DNA of 64,000 nt, from NCBI GenBank assembly GCA_046290225.1, contig JBKAGE010000075.1:160001-224000 (forward strand). The letters are read 5' to 3'. Positions 28,814 to 38,225 of this stretch are shown here, piece by piece. Both the position numbers and the translations under genes were made by a program. The number at the start of each line of letters is the position of its first letter. The first letter of the stretch is position 1. The notes beneath the pieces are model-generated. The model worked only from the letters and a program-made list of their open reading frames with translations, was not told the origin of the DNA and did not search any database. This DNA comes from Bradymonadia bacterium (GTDB taxonomy: Bacteria; Myxococcota_A; Bradymonadia; UBA7976; UBA1532).

Positions 28814-29267
28814 GCTGTGACGGGTGTCTGCGTTGCGCAGCATGCGCCCTGCTGCGATTCGCAGTCCTCGACGCTCGACGGTGCGTGAGCCGGGCTTCCC
28901 GGAGGCAGGCTCACTTGTTCTCGCTCCTGCGTAAAGAGCTTCTTCTGTATCCTGTTGCCCATGCCTGCTGGGATTCGATCTACCGCGAACCTGCAGGCCT
29001 CTGAGCCCCGGCGCTCGGCGAAAGCCCCAACAGCGCCGGAATCAGCGCAAAGTCACACCAGAACTGACTTTTTACGCAGGGGAGCGAGCAAGAAGGGCGA
29101 AGCCCTGAGCGACCCTGCCTACCTGGGAAGGTGCCTGCCTCAGCAGGTGCCTGTACGTGTACGCGACCGACGAGGCTGTCCGCAGGACTGCCGAAGGCCG
29201 GTTGCCTACGCAGGCGGAGCGCAGCGACGACTGCCTACAAAGGCCCAGCCATAACGCCCATCACAGC
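28814..29267 (+). other. ~455-nt irregular long hairpin element (structured ncRNA or non-autonomous element)
   Basis: Nested complementary segments GCTGTGACGGGTGT/ACGCCCATCACAGC, GCAGTCCT/AGGACTGC, CTTCCCGG/CTGGGAAG, AGGCAGG/CCTGCCT, CTTGTTC/GAGCAAG, CCTGCGTAAAGAG/CTTTTTACGCAGG; no convincing ORF. Confidence 0.65.
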
Positions 29268-29293
29268 CCAAGTCGACTCTCTAACCGCCTTCT

Positions 29294-32200
29294 CTAGAGA
29301 ATCCGTATCTCAGCGTTCCCGTCGAGCAGCCGCTTCACCGCATGTTGCAAATCGTCAGTGGGGCTCACCTTGAAGCCCGGCAGCTCGATGTGCACGTCGC
29401 ATTGATCTTCAGTGATCAACCGTAAACTCGGCGGTACCCGGCCGTGGTGCTCTTCCTTGAGCAGTAGCGCCCGCAGCTTCTCCAGGCGGGCGCGGTCCAC
29501 CGAGGCCGTGGGGATGGCGATCTCGAGGCCTCGGGCCTTGAGCGCTCGGACCTCGAGCAGGGTCATCACCGCGGGCGGGGCGTCCGAATCGACGGGCTGA
29601 CCGCGGCGGGGCTTGTTGCCGATGCGCAGAGAGACCTCGACCCGACCGTCTTCGTGTTCTACCCGAAGGCGGCCTTGCACCAGGAGCGGCTCGTCGCTCG
29701 AGAGCAGGTGCTCGAAGCGATCGAGGTCGTCTCCCATGCAGATGGCTTCCACCACCCCGGTCTGGTCTTCGAAGGTGAGGATGCCCATACGGCCGTTGCC
29801 GCTCTTGAAGGGCCGCACCCGCAGGGCGGTGACCACGCCGGCGAGGCTGATCTGGGAGAAGTTGTCCATGCGCTTTAGCTGCTCGACCCTGGCTACGCCG
29901 TAGCGGCCGATCTCGTCGGCGAAGCGGTCGAGGGGGTGCCCGGAGACGTAGAAACCCAGAGATGACTTCTCGTTGGCCAGGAGCACCTTCTCCGACCACT
30001 CCTCCACGGCGAGGATGTCTGCAGGCAGCTCGTCCACGCTGCCCCCTGTGGGGCTCGACAACATCGAGAACATGTCGCCCTGGCCGCTGGCTTTGTCGCG
30101 CTGCGCCTGGTGAGCCCGCTCGATGCGGACCTCCATGGCGGCGATGAGCCGGGCCCGGGGGGCGTTGAAGCAGTCGAGGGCCCCGGCCTTGATCAGAGCC
30201 TCGAGGGTCTTCTTGTTCACGCGCTTGAGGTCGACCCGCTCACAGAAGTCGCGGTAGCTCACAAAGGGGCCGTCGGCGTTGCGGGCCTTGATGATGGCGT
30301 CCACCGCGGTGCCGCCCACGCCTTTGACCCCGCCGAGGCCGAAGCGGATCTTGCCTTCGACCACGTCAAAGTCGTCCTGAGACTCGTTGACGCAGGGGGG
30401 CAACACCTCGATGCCGGCGTCGCGGGCGCTGCGGATCTCCCGGGTGACCTTGTCGGTACTCTCTTTGTCGTTGGTGAGCAGGGCCGCCATGAACTGGGGC
30501 CGGTGGTGCACCTTCAGATAGGCCGTGTGATAGGTGAGCAGGGCGTAGGCCGCGGAGTGGCTCTTGTTGAAGCCGTAGGCCGCGAAGCCCGCCATCAGGT
30601 CGAAGATGCCTGCGGAGATCTCCTCGGGGATGTCCTTCTCTTTGGCGCCGTTGATGAAGACCACGCGCTGGGCCGCCATGACGTCGAGCTTCTTCTTGCC
30701 CATGGCGCGGCGGAGCAGGTCGGCGCCGCCAAGGCTGAAGCCCGCCATCTCCCGGGCGATCTGCATCACCTGCTCCTGATACACGATGACCCCGTTGGTC
30801 TCGTTCAGGATGCTCTCGAGCACCGGGTGGGCGTACGTGATCTCCTGGCGCCCGTGCTTGCGCTCGATGAAGTCGTCGAGCATGCCGGTCTGGATCGGCC
30901 CCGGACGGTAGAGGGCCACGGCGGCGACGATGTCTTCGAACTTGTCGGGCTTGAGCTTCTTCAGCAGCTCCATGAAGCCCGAAGACTCGAGCTGGAACAC
31001 GCCGTCGGTCTCGCCCTTGCCCATCAGCACGTAGACGCCGGGATCGCTCAGGCCCACTGCGTTGAGATCGAGGGGATCGTCGGGTCGGTCCCGGTTCACC
31101 ATGCGCAGGGCGTCGTCGATGACCGTGAGAGTCTTGAGGCCCAGGAAGTCGAACTTCACCAGGCCCGCCTCTTCGACCTCGTCTTTGGCGAACTGGGTGA
31201 CGATCTCGTCGTTGGCCCCTCGGAAAACCGGGCAGTAGTCCCACAGTGGCTTGTCGCCGATCACGATGCCCGCGGCGTGCATGCCCGCCTGACGGTGCAG
31301 GCCCTCGAGGCTGAGGGCGATGTCCATCAGATCTTTGATGTTCTGGTCTTCATCGTAGAGCGCCTTGAGGCGGGGCTCTTGATCGATGGCCTCTTGTAGG
31401 GTGATGCCCAGCACGTCGGGCACCATCTTCGAGAGCCGGTCGGTCTCGCCGTAGGACATGCCCAGGGCCCGGCCCACGTCTTTGATCACCCCGCGGGCCT
31501 TCAAGCTGCCGTAGGTGGCGATCTGCCCCACGTTGTTGTGGCCGTACTTCTCGGTGACGTACTGGATCACCTCGCCGCGGCGGTTCATGCAGAAGTCGAT
31601 GTCGAAGTCGGGCATCGACACGCGCTCTGGGTTCAGGAATCGCTCGAACAGCAGGCCATAAGGGATGGGGTCGATGTCGGTGATGCGCAGGGCGTAGGCC
31701 ACCAGCGAGCCGGCGCCCGAGCCACGACCCGGGCCCACGGGGATGTCGTGGTCTTTGGCCCAGTTGATGAAGTCCTGCACGATGAGGAAGTACCCCGGGA
31801 ACCCCATCTGGATGATGATCTTGAGCTCGATGTCGAGGCGGTCCTGGTAGGCGGCCTTGTCGACCTCTTTGCCCACGGCGGCGAACTCTGCGTAGCGCTC
31901 TTCGAGGCCGGTCTGGCTGCAGTGCACGAGCCACGAGTCGGTGTCGTGGCCATCGGGCACGGGGTAGGCAGGCAGGTAGACGTTGCCGAGGTCGAGCTCG
32001 ACATCGATCATGTCGGCGAGCTCGACGGTGCGCTCCAGGGCGTCGGGGTAGTCGGCGCCGAGCTGGTCCCACATGACCTCGGGGGGCTTGAGCCACAACT
32101 CGTCGGTGCTCTGCCGAATGCGGCCGACCTCGGAGACCGGGCGCCCCATCTGGATGGCGATGAGCACCTCGTGGGCCCGAGCTTCGCTCTTGTCGAGGTA

Positions 32201-32815
32201 GTGCACATTGTTGGTGGCGCACAGAGGGATGTCGAGCTGTTTGCCGATCTGGCGATAGGCGGCGTTGACTTTGTCCTGGTCCGGGAGCCCGGTGTGCTGC
32301 ACCTCGAGGTGGAACATACCAGGCTCGAAGGCGTCGCGATATCGGGTGGCCAGCTCGATGGCCTGGTCGTCTTCGCCCTTGAGCACCGCCTGGGCGATCT
32401 GGTTACCGAGGCAGCCGCTCAGGCCGATGAGGCCTTCTTTGTACTGGGCGATGAGGTCGAGATCGATGCGGGGCACCACGTGCATGCCGTCGAGCCACGA
32501 GATGCTGCTCAACCGCACCAGGTTCATGTAGCCCTGGTGGTTCTTGGCGATGAGCACGATGTGATGGCGCTTGCGGCTGCTGCGATCAGTGTGACCCTCG
32601 GCGGCGATGTAGAGCTCGCTGCCGATGATGGGCTTGATGCCGGCCTTCTTGGCTTTCTTGAAGAAGTCCACGGCCCCGAACATGTTGCCATGATCGGTCA
32701 TGGCCACGGCCTTCATGCCCGCAGCCTCCACCCGAGGCATCAGCTTCTTCATGCGGATGGCGCCGTCGAGCAGGCTGTACTGAGTGTGCAGGTGAAGGTG
32801 GACGAAGTCTCTCAT
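29294..32815 (-). CDS. dnaE: DNA polymerase III alpha subunit
   Basis: HLHLHTQYSLLDG, GPGRGSGAGS, RVSMPDFDIDF, KFDFLGL, YGFNKSH, C-terminal OB fold. Confidence 0.98.
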   Translation of the reverse strand: MRDFVHLHLHTQYSLLDGAIRMKKLMPRVEAAGMKAVAMTDHGNMFGAVDFFKKAKKAGIKPIIGSELYIAAEGHTDRSSRKRHHIVLIAKNHQGYMNLVRLSSISWLDGMHVVPRIDLDLIAQYKEGLIGLSGCLGNQIAQAVLKGEDDQAIELATRYRDAFEPGMFHLEVQHTGLPDQDKVNAAYRQIGKQLDIPLCATNNVHYLDKSEARAHEVLIAIQMGRPVSEVGRIRQSTDELWLKPPEVMWDQLGADYPDALERTVELADMIDVELDLGNVYLPAYPVPDGHDTDSWLVHCSQTGLEERYAEFAAVGKEVDKAAYQDRLDIELKIIIQMGFPGYFLIVQDFINWAKDHDIPVGPGRGSGAGSLVAYALRITDIDPIPYGLLFERFLNPERVSMPDFDIDFCMNRRGEVIQYVTEKYGHNNVGQIATYGSLKARGVIKDVGRALGMSYGETDRLSKMVPDVLGITLQEAIDQEPRLKALYDEDQNIKDLMDIALSLEGLHRQAGMHAAGIVIGDKPLWDYCPVFRGANDEIVTQFAKDEVEEAGLVKFDFLGLKTLTVIDDALRMVNRDRPDDPLDLNAVGLSDPGVYVLMGKGETDGVFQLESSGFMELLKKLKPDKFEDIVAAVALYRPGPIQTGMLDDFIERKHGRQEITYAHPVLESILNETNGVIVYQEQVMQIAREMAGFSLGGADLLRRAMGKKKLDVMAAQRVVFINGAKEKDIPEEISAGIFDLMAGFAAYGFNKSHSAAYALLTYHTAYLKVHHRPQFMAALLTNDKESTDKVTREIRSARDAGIEVLPPCVNESQDDFDVVEGKIRFGLGGVKGVGGTAVDAIIKARNADGPFVSYRDFCERVDLKRVNKKTLEALIKAGALDCFNAPRARLIAAMEVRIERAHQAQRDKASGQGDMFSMLSSPTGGSVDELPADILAVEEWSEKVLLANEKSSLGFYVSGHPLDRFADEIGRYGVARVEQLKRMDNFSQISLAGVVTALRVRPFKSGNGRMGILTFEDQTGVVEAICMGDDLDRFEHLLSSDEPLLVQGRLRVEHEDGRVEVSLRIGNKPRRGQPVDSDAPPAVMTLLEVRALKARGLEIAIPTASVDRARLEKLRALLLKEEHHGRVPPSLRLITEDQCDVHIELPGFKVSPTDDLQHAVKRLLDGNAEIRIL

Positions 32816-32984
32816 GGGCAACGTTTCTCGAGAGCGGGTGACGCGCTCTCGGGGCTGAACGGGTGTTCCTCAACATGTAACTGTGAGCGGCCTCACCGTC
32901 AATGGTGGCGCTGGCGCGGTGATGACTGGATCACCGCGGGGCTGTCAATGGGGAGGGGAAGTGCGGAAGGAGAGGGCCGTGCGC

Positions 32985-33281
32985 TCAGTCTTCGATGGGG
33001 GCGTCGGACTCGTTGACCCGCTCGCGCAGCTCTTTGCCGGTCTTGAAGAAGGGGGCCTTCTTCGCCCGGACGAAGACCTCTTCGCCGGTCTTGGGGTTGC
33101 GCCCCTTGTAGGCGTTGTAGTGCCGGACCTCGAACGAGCCGAAGCCGCGGATCTCGACACGATCGCCCTCTTTGAGGGCATCGGTCATGGCGTCGAAGAT
33201 GGTGTTGACCACCGTCTCGGCCTTCTTGAGGTTGAAGCCCTCTCGCTGAGCGACGATGTCGATCAGTTCACCTTTGGTCAT
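32985..33281 (-). CDS. ihfB: Integration host factor beta / HU family protein
   Basis: MTKGELI, RVEIRGFGSF, GRNPKTG, PFFKTGKELRERVN. Confidence 0.88.
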   Translation of the reverse strand: MTKGELIDIVAQREGFNLKKAETVVNTIFDAMTDALKEGDRVEIRGFGSFEVRHYNAYKGRNPKTGEEVFVRAKKAPFFKTGKELRERVNESDAPIED

Positions 33282-33438
33282 CGACTCAATGCCCTCGTCT
33301 GTGTGTCACCGGGTGGGTGACGCTCCCATCCCCCCCTCGTTTTGAGGTGGGGGCAAAAAACGCGAATGTTGAAACAATCAGACTGGTTAGCAGGAACAAT
33401 GGGCGCTGGCAACAGCCTTGTTGTCTTCGCCTGGTGTT

Positions 33439-34746
33439 TCAGCCCAGGCGTCGCCGCCGCGGGCTCAGGCGTTCGGTCCAGGCCGCCGCCTGCCATGCGC
33501 TGAGGCACACCCCTTCGAAGCCGAGACCCGGCAGCAGCCAGCCACCTGCCCGGAGCAGGTTGCGCAGACCTGTGCGCATGGGGGCGGCGAAGAGGTTGAG
33601 AGGGTCGATGGCCTCGCCCATCCGAGGCGCCACTGGGCGATAGATCGGCGGCTCCTGGTCGAGGGCGATGGCGGGATCGATGGCGGCGGCGTCCAGGGTG
33701 GCCTCTGGAGGTCCGGCGATCTCGAGGTGATCTTGCCGTTGATGCACCAGATACAGGGGGCTGTCGTCACTGGCAGACCAGGCCATCAGAGGTCCGGCCG
33801 GGTGAGCAGAATCGATCTCTCGTCGACCTGTGTGCACAGCCTCGATCCAACTGGGTGCAAAGAGCGGCGCGCCACGCCACAGCGTGCTCAGGGTGGTGTC
33901 ATCATCGGTGAAGATCACGGTGTCGGCGCTGTATTGGGCGCCCTCTGTGGTGACGACCCCCTCGGCGCGGCGCCCCGCCTTGTCGACGAGGAGTCCGCTG
34001 ACGCGCTTCTCGGGGTTGAAGGCGCCACCACTGGACTCGAGCTTTCGGGCGAGCAAGGCGTCGAAGCCATCTCGGGCCCAGGGTGCCGTCTCCGGCGCTG
34101 GGGCCACCTGCGCGATGCCGTGGCCCAAATGCCACAGTGCCCGGGCGCCACCGGCAGTGATCGGGCCATCGCCGGTATCCTGAGGGCGCCCGGCAACGAT
34201 GAGGAGCGTCGTGAGCAGGCGCTGGAGTTCAGGGTGCTCAGTCCACTGAGGGGGCTGATCGAGCAGCTGACCGGTGGCTTGCTGGCCCAGGGCCTTGCGC
34301 CAGGCCCGCCGGGCGTTGAACGACTCTGGTGGCAGCTCAACGTCTCCGGTGAGCAGCGGATCAAGGCCCTGACCGTATCCTTCGATCCGATCGAGGATCG
34401 CGTGCACGGCAGAGGTGTCTTCTGGCCACCATGCGGCGAGCTGAGCCCGTCGATCTGCTGTATCTACGGGCAAGGTGCCTCGACGTGTGCCGAGGCTGAG
34501 GGTGAGGGGCTGCAGCGTCTCGAGCTGGGTCTTGAGGCCGTGGATCAGCCCCAATTCGTCGAGGGTGCGCCGGACGATGGCCGAGCGGGTATGGCCGAAG
34601 ATGCACGGCGGCAGCGTGCTCGGGCGCTTGCCCACGGGGAACATGAGCCTGACCCTCAGCCGACGCCGGGCGAGGAGGGTGGCGCAGACGAGGCCAGCCC
34701 GGCCTCGGCCGATGACCACGACATCATAGTGCTCGGTGAAGCCCAT
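33439..34746 (-). CDS. Divergent FAD-dependent oxidoreductase (phytoene desaturase-like fold)
   Basis: N-terminal YDVVVIGRGRAGLVCA; C-terminal TGLRNLLRAGGWLLPGLGFEG. Confidence 0.65.
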   Translation of the reverse strand: MGFTEHYDVVVIGRGRAGLVCATLLARRRLRVRLMFPVGKRPSTLPPCIFGHTRSAIVRRTLDELGLIHGLKTQLETLQPLTLSLGTRRGTLPVDTADRRAQLAAWWPEDTSAVHAILDRIEGYGQGLDPLLTGDVELPPESFNARRAWRKALGQQATGQLLDQPPQWTEHPELQRLLTTLLIVAGRPQDTGDGPITAGGARALWHLGHGIAQVAPAPETAPWARDGFDALLARKLESSGGAFNPEKRVSGLLVDKAGRRAEGVVTTEGAQYSADTVIFTDDDTTLSTLWRGAPLFAPSWIEAVHTGRREIDSAHPAGPLMAWSASDDSPLYLVHQRQDHLEIAGPPEATLDAAAIDPAIALDQEPPIYRPVAPRMGEAIDPLNLFAAPMRTGLRNLLRAGGWLLPGLGFEGVCLSAWQAAAWTERLSPRRRRLG

Positions 34747-34940
34747 GCCTCATCCCTCTGTGGACCTGGGACAGCCAGATCACGTGCGCCGCGTGGGAGC
34801 CGAACGCTACGGAAGTCTCCTGTTCAAAGCCAGCGGAATCGCCGAGCAATCGGCTTGCACAACGCCCGACGTCTCATCTCGCATCGGAGAGGGGCGGACT
34901 CTCTGGCCCATCGCAGGGCGATTGCCTATAGTGCGCCGCC

Positions 34941-35627
34941 ATGATTGTGGACGCGCTCATCCCAGCCCTCAACGAAGAGGAGAGTCTGCCCACGGTGCTC
35001 GATGGCCTGAAGGGCCGCGGCATCCGTCGGGTGGTGGTGGTGGACAATGGCAGCTCAGATCACACGTATCAGGTGATCGAGCGCCATGGCGGAGTGGCCC
35101 TCTACGAAGGTCAGCGGGGCTATGGCGCCGCGTGCCTGCGGGGGTTGCGCTGGATGGCCGCTGATCCGCCCGATGTCGTGGTGTTCCTCGATGGCGACGG
35201 GGCCGACGACCCCGATGATCTGCCTGCGCTGCTGGCCCCCATCGAAGCAGGCGAGGCGGAGATGGTCATCGGCTCGCGGGTGAGAGGCCAGGCTGAGGCC
35301 GGCGCGCTCACCCCGCAGGCCCGCTTCGGCAACACCCTCGCATGCACGCTGATCAAGTGGCTCTACGGTGTCGAGTTCACGGATCTCGGACCCTTCAGGG
35401 CCGTGACGTGGTCCGCCCTCGAGCGGATGCAGATGGCCGATGAAGACTTTGGCTGGACGGTGGAGATGCAGGTCAAGGCCCCCCGTCGGTCCATTCCCTC
35501 TGCGGAGGTGCCCGTTGATTACCGGCGGCGGGTCGCAGGCCAGAGCAAGGTGGCCGGCACCATCAAGGGATCCTTTCAGGCTGGGGTGAAGATTTTGTAC
35601 GTCATCGGCAGAGAGGTGCTGCCATGA
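34941..35627 (+). CDS. Glycosyltransferase family 2 (Dol-P-Man synthase-like)
   Basis: LIPALNEE, VVVDNGSSD, RGYGAAC, FLDGDG, TDLGPFRA, GWTVEMQ. Confidence 0.92.
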   Translation: MIVDALIPALNEEESLPTVLDGLKGRGIRRVVVVDNGSSDHTYQVIERHGGVALYEGQRGYGAACLRGLRWMAADPPDVVVFLDGDGADDPDDLPALLAPIEAGEAEMVIGSRVRGQAEAGALTPQARFGNTLACTLIKWLYGVEFTDLGPFRAVTWSALERMQMADEDFGWTVEMQVKAPRRSIPSAEVPVDYRRRVAGQSKVAGTIKGSFQAGVKILYVIGREVLP

Positions 35628-36364
35628 GCGGCACCGAGAGATCATCCCAGGGCCACTTGATGATCTTCGCCAAGGCACCGGTCCCTGGCACGGTGAAGAC
35701 CCGCCTGGCGCAGGGCGAGCACGGCATTGGCTTCGAGTGGGCCGCCCGCCTGCACGCCGCGTGTGTGGAAGATGTGGTGGAGCGCCTCGGAGGTGCTGCC
35801 CACGCTCAGGGTCGAGGGGTCTCCATCTGGCGGGCAGGTGATCTCGAGCATCCACTCTGGGCTCGTCTTCAGCACGCTTTCCCCTTTCTTCGACTCGAAA
35901 CCCAAGGGCCCGGCGATCTGGGCGATCGACTCACCGCGGCCTTTGATGGTCTGCTCAACGCCGGGCAGGGTCCTGTGGTGGTGGTAGGCACCGACAGCCC
36001 CTCCATGCCCGCAGATCGCATTACGCAGGCCTTTGAGATCCTCGAAGGCCATTCGTGTGTGTTGGGGCCGGCTTGTGATGGGGGGTACTACCTGCTCGGC
36101 CTCGATGCCCCCTGCCCGAAATTGTTCGAGCAGGTCGCTTGGGGCACCGATGAAGTGTGTGGGCAGACCCTCGAGAGAGGGCGCGCTGCAGGGCTGGAGC
36201 CTCGACTGCTGCCGTTCTGGTACGACGTCGATCGACCTGCCGATTTGCGTTGGTTGAGGGCGCACCTGCCGATTCTGAACGCTGAGGGTCACAGCCCCGC
36301 TCGGGTGGTCGAGACCATCGAGGCCATGGTCGACGCGGGGGTGATCTCGAAGGGAGGAGTGTGA
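35624..36364 (+). CDS. DUF2064/TIGR04282-family transferase
   Basis: IFAKAPVPGTVKTRL, QGPGDLGDR, GTDSP, LGPACDGGYYLLG, WYDVD. Confidence 0.9.
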   Translation: MSGTERSSQGHLMIFAKAPVPGTVKTRLAQGEHGIGFEWAARLHAACVEDVVERLGGAAHAQGRGVSIWRAGDLEHPLWARLQHAFPFLRLETQGPGDLGDRLTAAFDGLLNAGQGPVVVVGTDSPSMPADRITQAFEILEGHSCVLGPACDGGYYLLGLDAPCPKLFEQVAWGTDEVCGQTLERGRAAGLEPRLLPFWYDVDRPADLRWLRAHLPILNAEGHSPARVVETIEAMVDAGVISKGGV

Positions 36365-37005
36365 TGCAAGACTCCGAGCACACGCGCTCGTTTCCTGCGG
36401 GGAGCGTGCTCTTTCGAGAAGGAGACCAGAGCCGGGAGATGTACGTCATCGTCTCCGGTCGAGTGCGCATCTCCAAGCAGGTGCGCCAGGTCGACAAGGT
36501 GATCGCCACCCTGCCCGTCGGCGAGTTCTTCGGAGAGATGGCCACCCTCAACCGCCACCCTCGCAGCGCCACGGCCACCGTATTGGAAGACGCCGAGCTG
36601 CTGGTGGTGCCCCCAGAGGCCTTCGACGGGCTGATCCATCATCGCCGGGAAGTGGCGCTGAAGTTGATCCGCCGCCTCGCCGACCGCCTCGCCCAGACCA
36701 ACCGGGAGATGACCCTGCTGATGTTCCGCGACCCGCTCAGCAGGGTGGCCCACGCCTTGCGCATGCTGGGGCAGGGCGAGGGGCAGGTCTTCGACGGCAA
36801 GCTCCAAGTGCTCTATGGCATCACCGAGCTGGCAGAGAAGCTCGGGCTCGCGCACCACGAATGCGCGGAGATCCTTGCCCAGATGGCAGGGCAGGGGGTG
36901 GTGTCCGAGGCCAACGAGGCCCATGTGCTCGTCTCTGATCCCCGTCGCCTCGAGCGCCTCGTGGAGTACCTCGATCTCAAGCACGAGTTCGGAGCCCTCG
37001 GTTGA
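36364..37005 (+). CDS. Crp/Fnr family cNMP-binding regulator
   Basis: LFREGD, GEFFGEMA, PRSATA; C-terminal HTH-like segment. Confidence 0.9.
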   Translation: MQDSEHTRSFPAGSVLFREGDQSREMYVIVSGRVRISKQVRQVDKVIATLPVGEFFGEMATLNRHPRSATATVLEDAELLVVPPEAFDGLIHHRREVALKLIRRLADRLAQTNREMTLLMFRDPLSRVAHALRMLGQGEGQVFDGKLQVLYGITELAEKLGLAHHECAEILAQMAGQGVVSEANEAHVLVSDPRRLERLVEYLDLKHEFGALG

Positions 37006-38216
37006 GCGATCGATACGCCGCCACGCTGCAGCGGCTCTTCAACCTGACGCGCTTTGGCGAGAAGCTCGATCTGAGCACCCCCAAGGCCCTCGCCACCATG
37101 CTCGAGCACCCGCTGTCGAAGTACCAGTCAGTGCTCATCGGGGGCACCAACGGCAAGGGCAGCACCGCGGTGATGACCGAGACGCTGCTCCGGGGCGCTG
37201 GTGTGCGCACGGGCCTTTTCACCTCGCCCCACCTCGTCCAGTTCACTGAGCGCATCCAAGTTGATGGCGCGCCCGTCGCTGAAGAGGTTCTGTGCCGCTG
37301 GGCGGATCGGGTGCTCGAACAAGCCGAAGGCCAGGGCATCAAGCCTTCGTTCTTCGAGGCTGTCTGGGCCATGGCCACGGGCATCTTCGCCGAGGCCGGC
37401 GTCGACGTGGCGGTCTGGGAGGTGGGCCTCGGCGGCCGGCTCGACGCCACGAATGTCTGTGAGCCTGTCGCCTCGGCGGTGGTGAGCGTGGGCCTGGATC
37501 ACGTGCACGTGCTCGGCGACACCCTCGAAGCCATCGCCGGTGAGAAGGTGGCCATCTTCCGTGAAGGCCGCCCAGCCATCACGGGGGCCCAGGGTGAGGC
37601 CCTGGAGGCTGTGCGCTGTCGATGGCCCGGGCCCCTCGTCGAGATCGGGCCCGAGCACGCCGAGTGGTTGCCGCCGCTGCCCCTGCCAGGTGCGCATCAA
37701 CGCATCAACGCAGCGGTGGCCATGGCGCTCGTCGACGCTGTGGGCGTCTCGCCCGACCGATCGCACCTCACCGCCGTGCGCTGGCCCGGGCGAGGGGAGC
37801 GCCTCGACGGGGTGATCCTCGACGTGGCCCACAACCCGGCCTCTGCTCGTGCCCTGGCGGCGTGGCTCGACGATGCTGAGTTGGGGCCGCTCACCGTGAT
37901 CTTCGGGGCCATGGCCGACAAAGACGTCGCCGGGGTCATCGCGCCTCTGCAGCGACACATCGGCGCGCTGCACCTCGTGACGCCTGTCTACCCACGCCGG
38001 ATGACCGCAGAGGCCCTGGCGGAGATCCCCGAGGTGGCCGCGATGCAGCCTGTGGTGGGCCCGAACACCTCTGTGGGGGCTACGCTGGACGCGCTTCGAG
38101 GCAAGGGGGCCCCGCCCCTGCTGGTCACCGGATCGTGCTTTCTGGTGGGTGAGGCCCGGGCGCATCTACTCGGGGTAGAGTTTCCAGAGCGCGGACTGAT
38201 CACAACAGCCCGTTGA
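37002..38216 (+). CDS. folC: Dihydrofolate/folylpolyglutamate synthase
   Basis: GTNGKGST, FTSPHL, EVGLGGRLDATN, WPGR, LDVAHNP, TGSCFLVG. Confidence 0.95.
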   Translation: MSDRYAATLQRLFNLTRFGEKLDLSTPKALATMLEHPLSKYQSVLIGGTNGKGSTAVMTETLLRGAGVRTGLFTSPHLVQFTERIQVDGAPVAEEVLCRWADRVLEQAEGQGIKPSFFEAVWAMATGIFAEAGVDVAVWEVGLGGRLDATNVCEPVASAVVSVGLDHVHVLGDTLEAIAGEKVAIFREGRPAITGAQGEALEAVRCRWPGPLVEIGPEHAEWLPPLPLPGAHQRINAAVAMALVDAVGVSPDRSHLTAVRWPGRGERLDGVILDVAHNPASARALAAWLDDAELGPLTVIFGAMADKDVAGVIAPLQRHIGALHLVTPVYPRRMTAEALAEIPEVAAMQPVVGPNTSVGATLDALRGKGAPPLLVTGSCFLVGEARAHLLGVEFPERGLITTAR

Positions 38217-38225
38217 GGGGATCGC

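Noticed and set aside
29240..29290. Integron attC site (TAAC motifs)
   Set aside because: The structure is far longer than attC, and there is no matching GTTRRRY end, cassette array or integrase
29294..32815. Intein or split in dnaE
   Set aside because: Normal length with continuous motifs
33311..33360. Terminator hairpins upstream of ihfB
   Set aside because: The T-tract is on the wrong side for the minus-strand transcript
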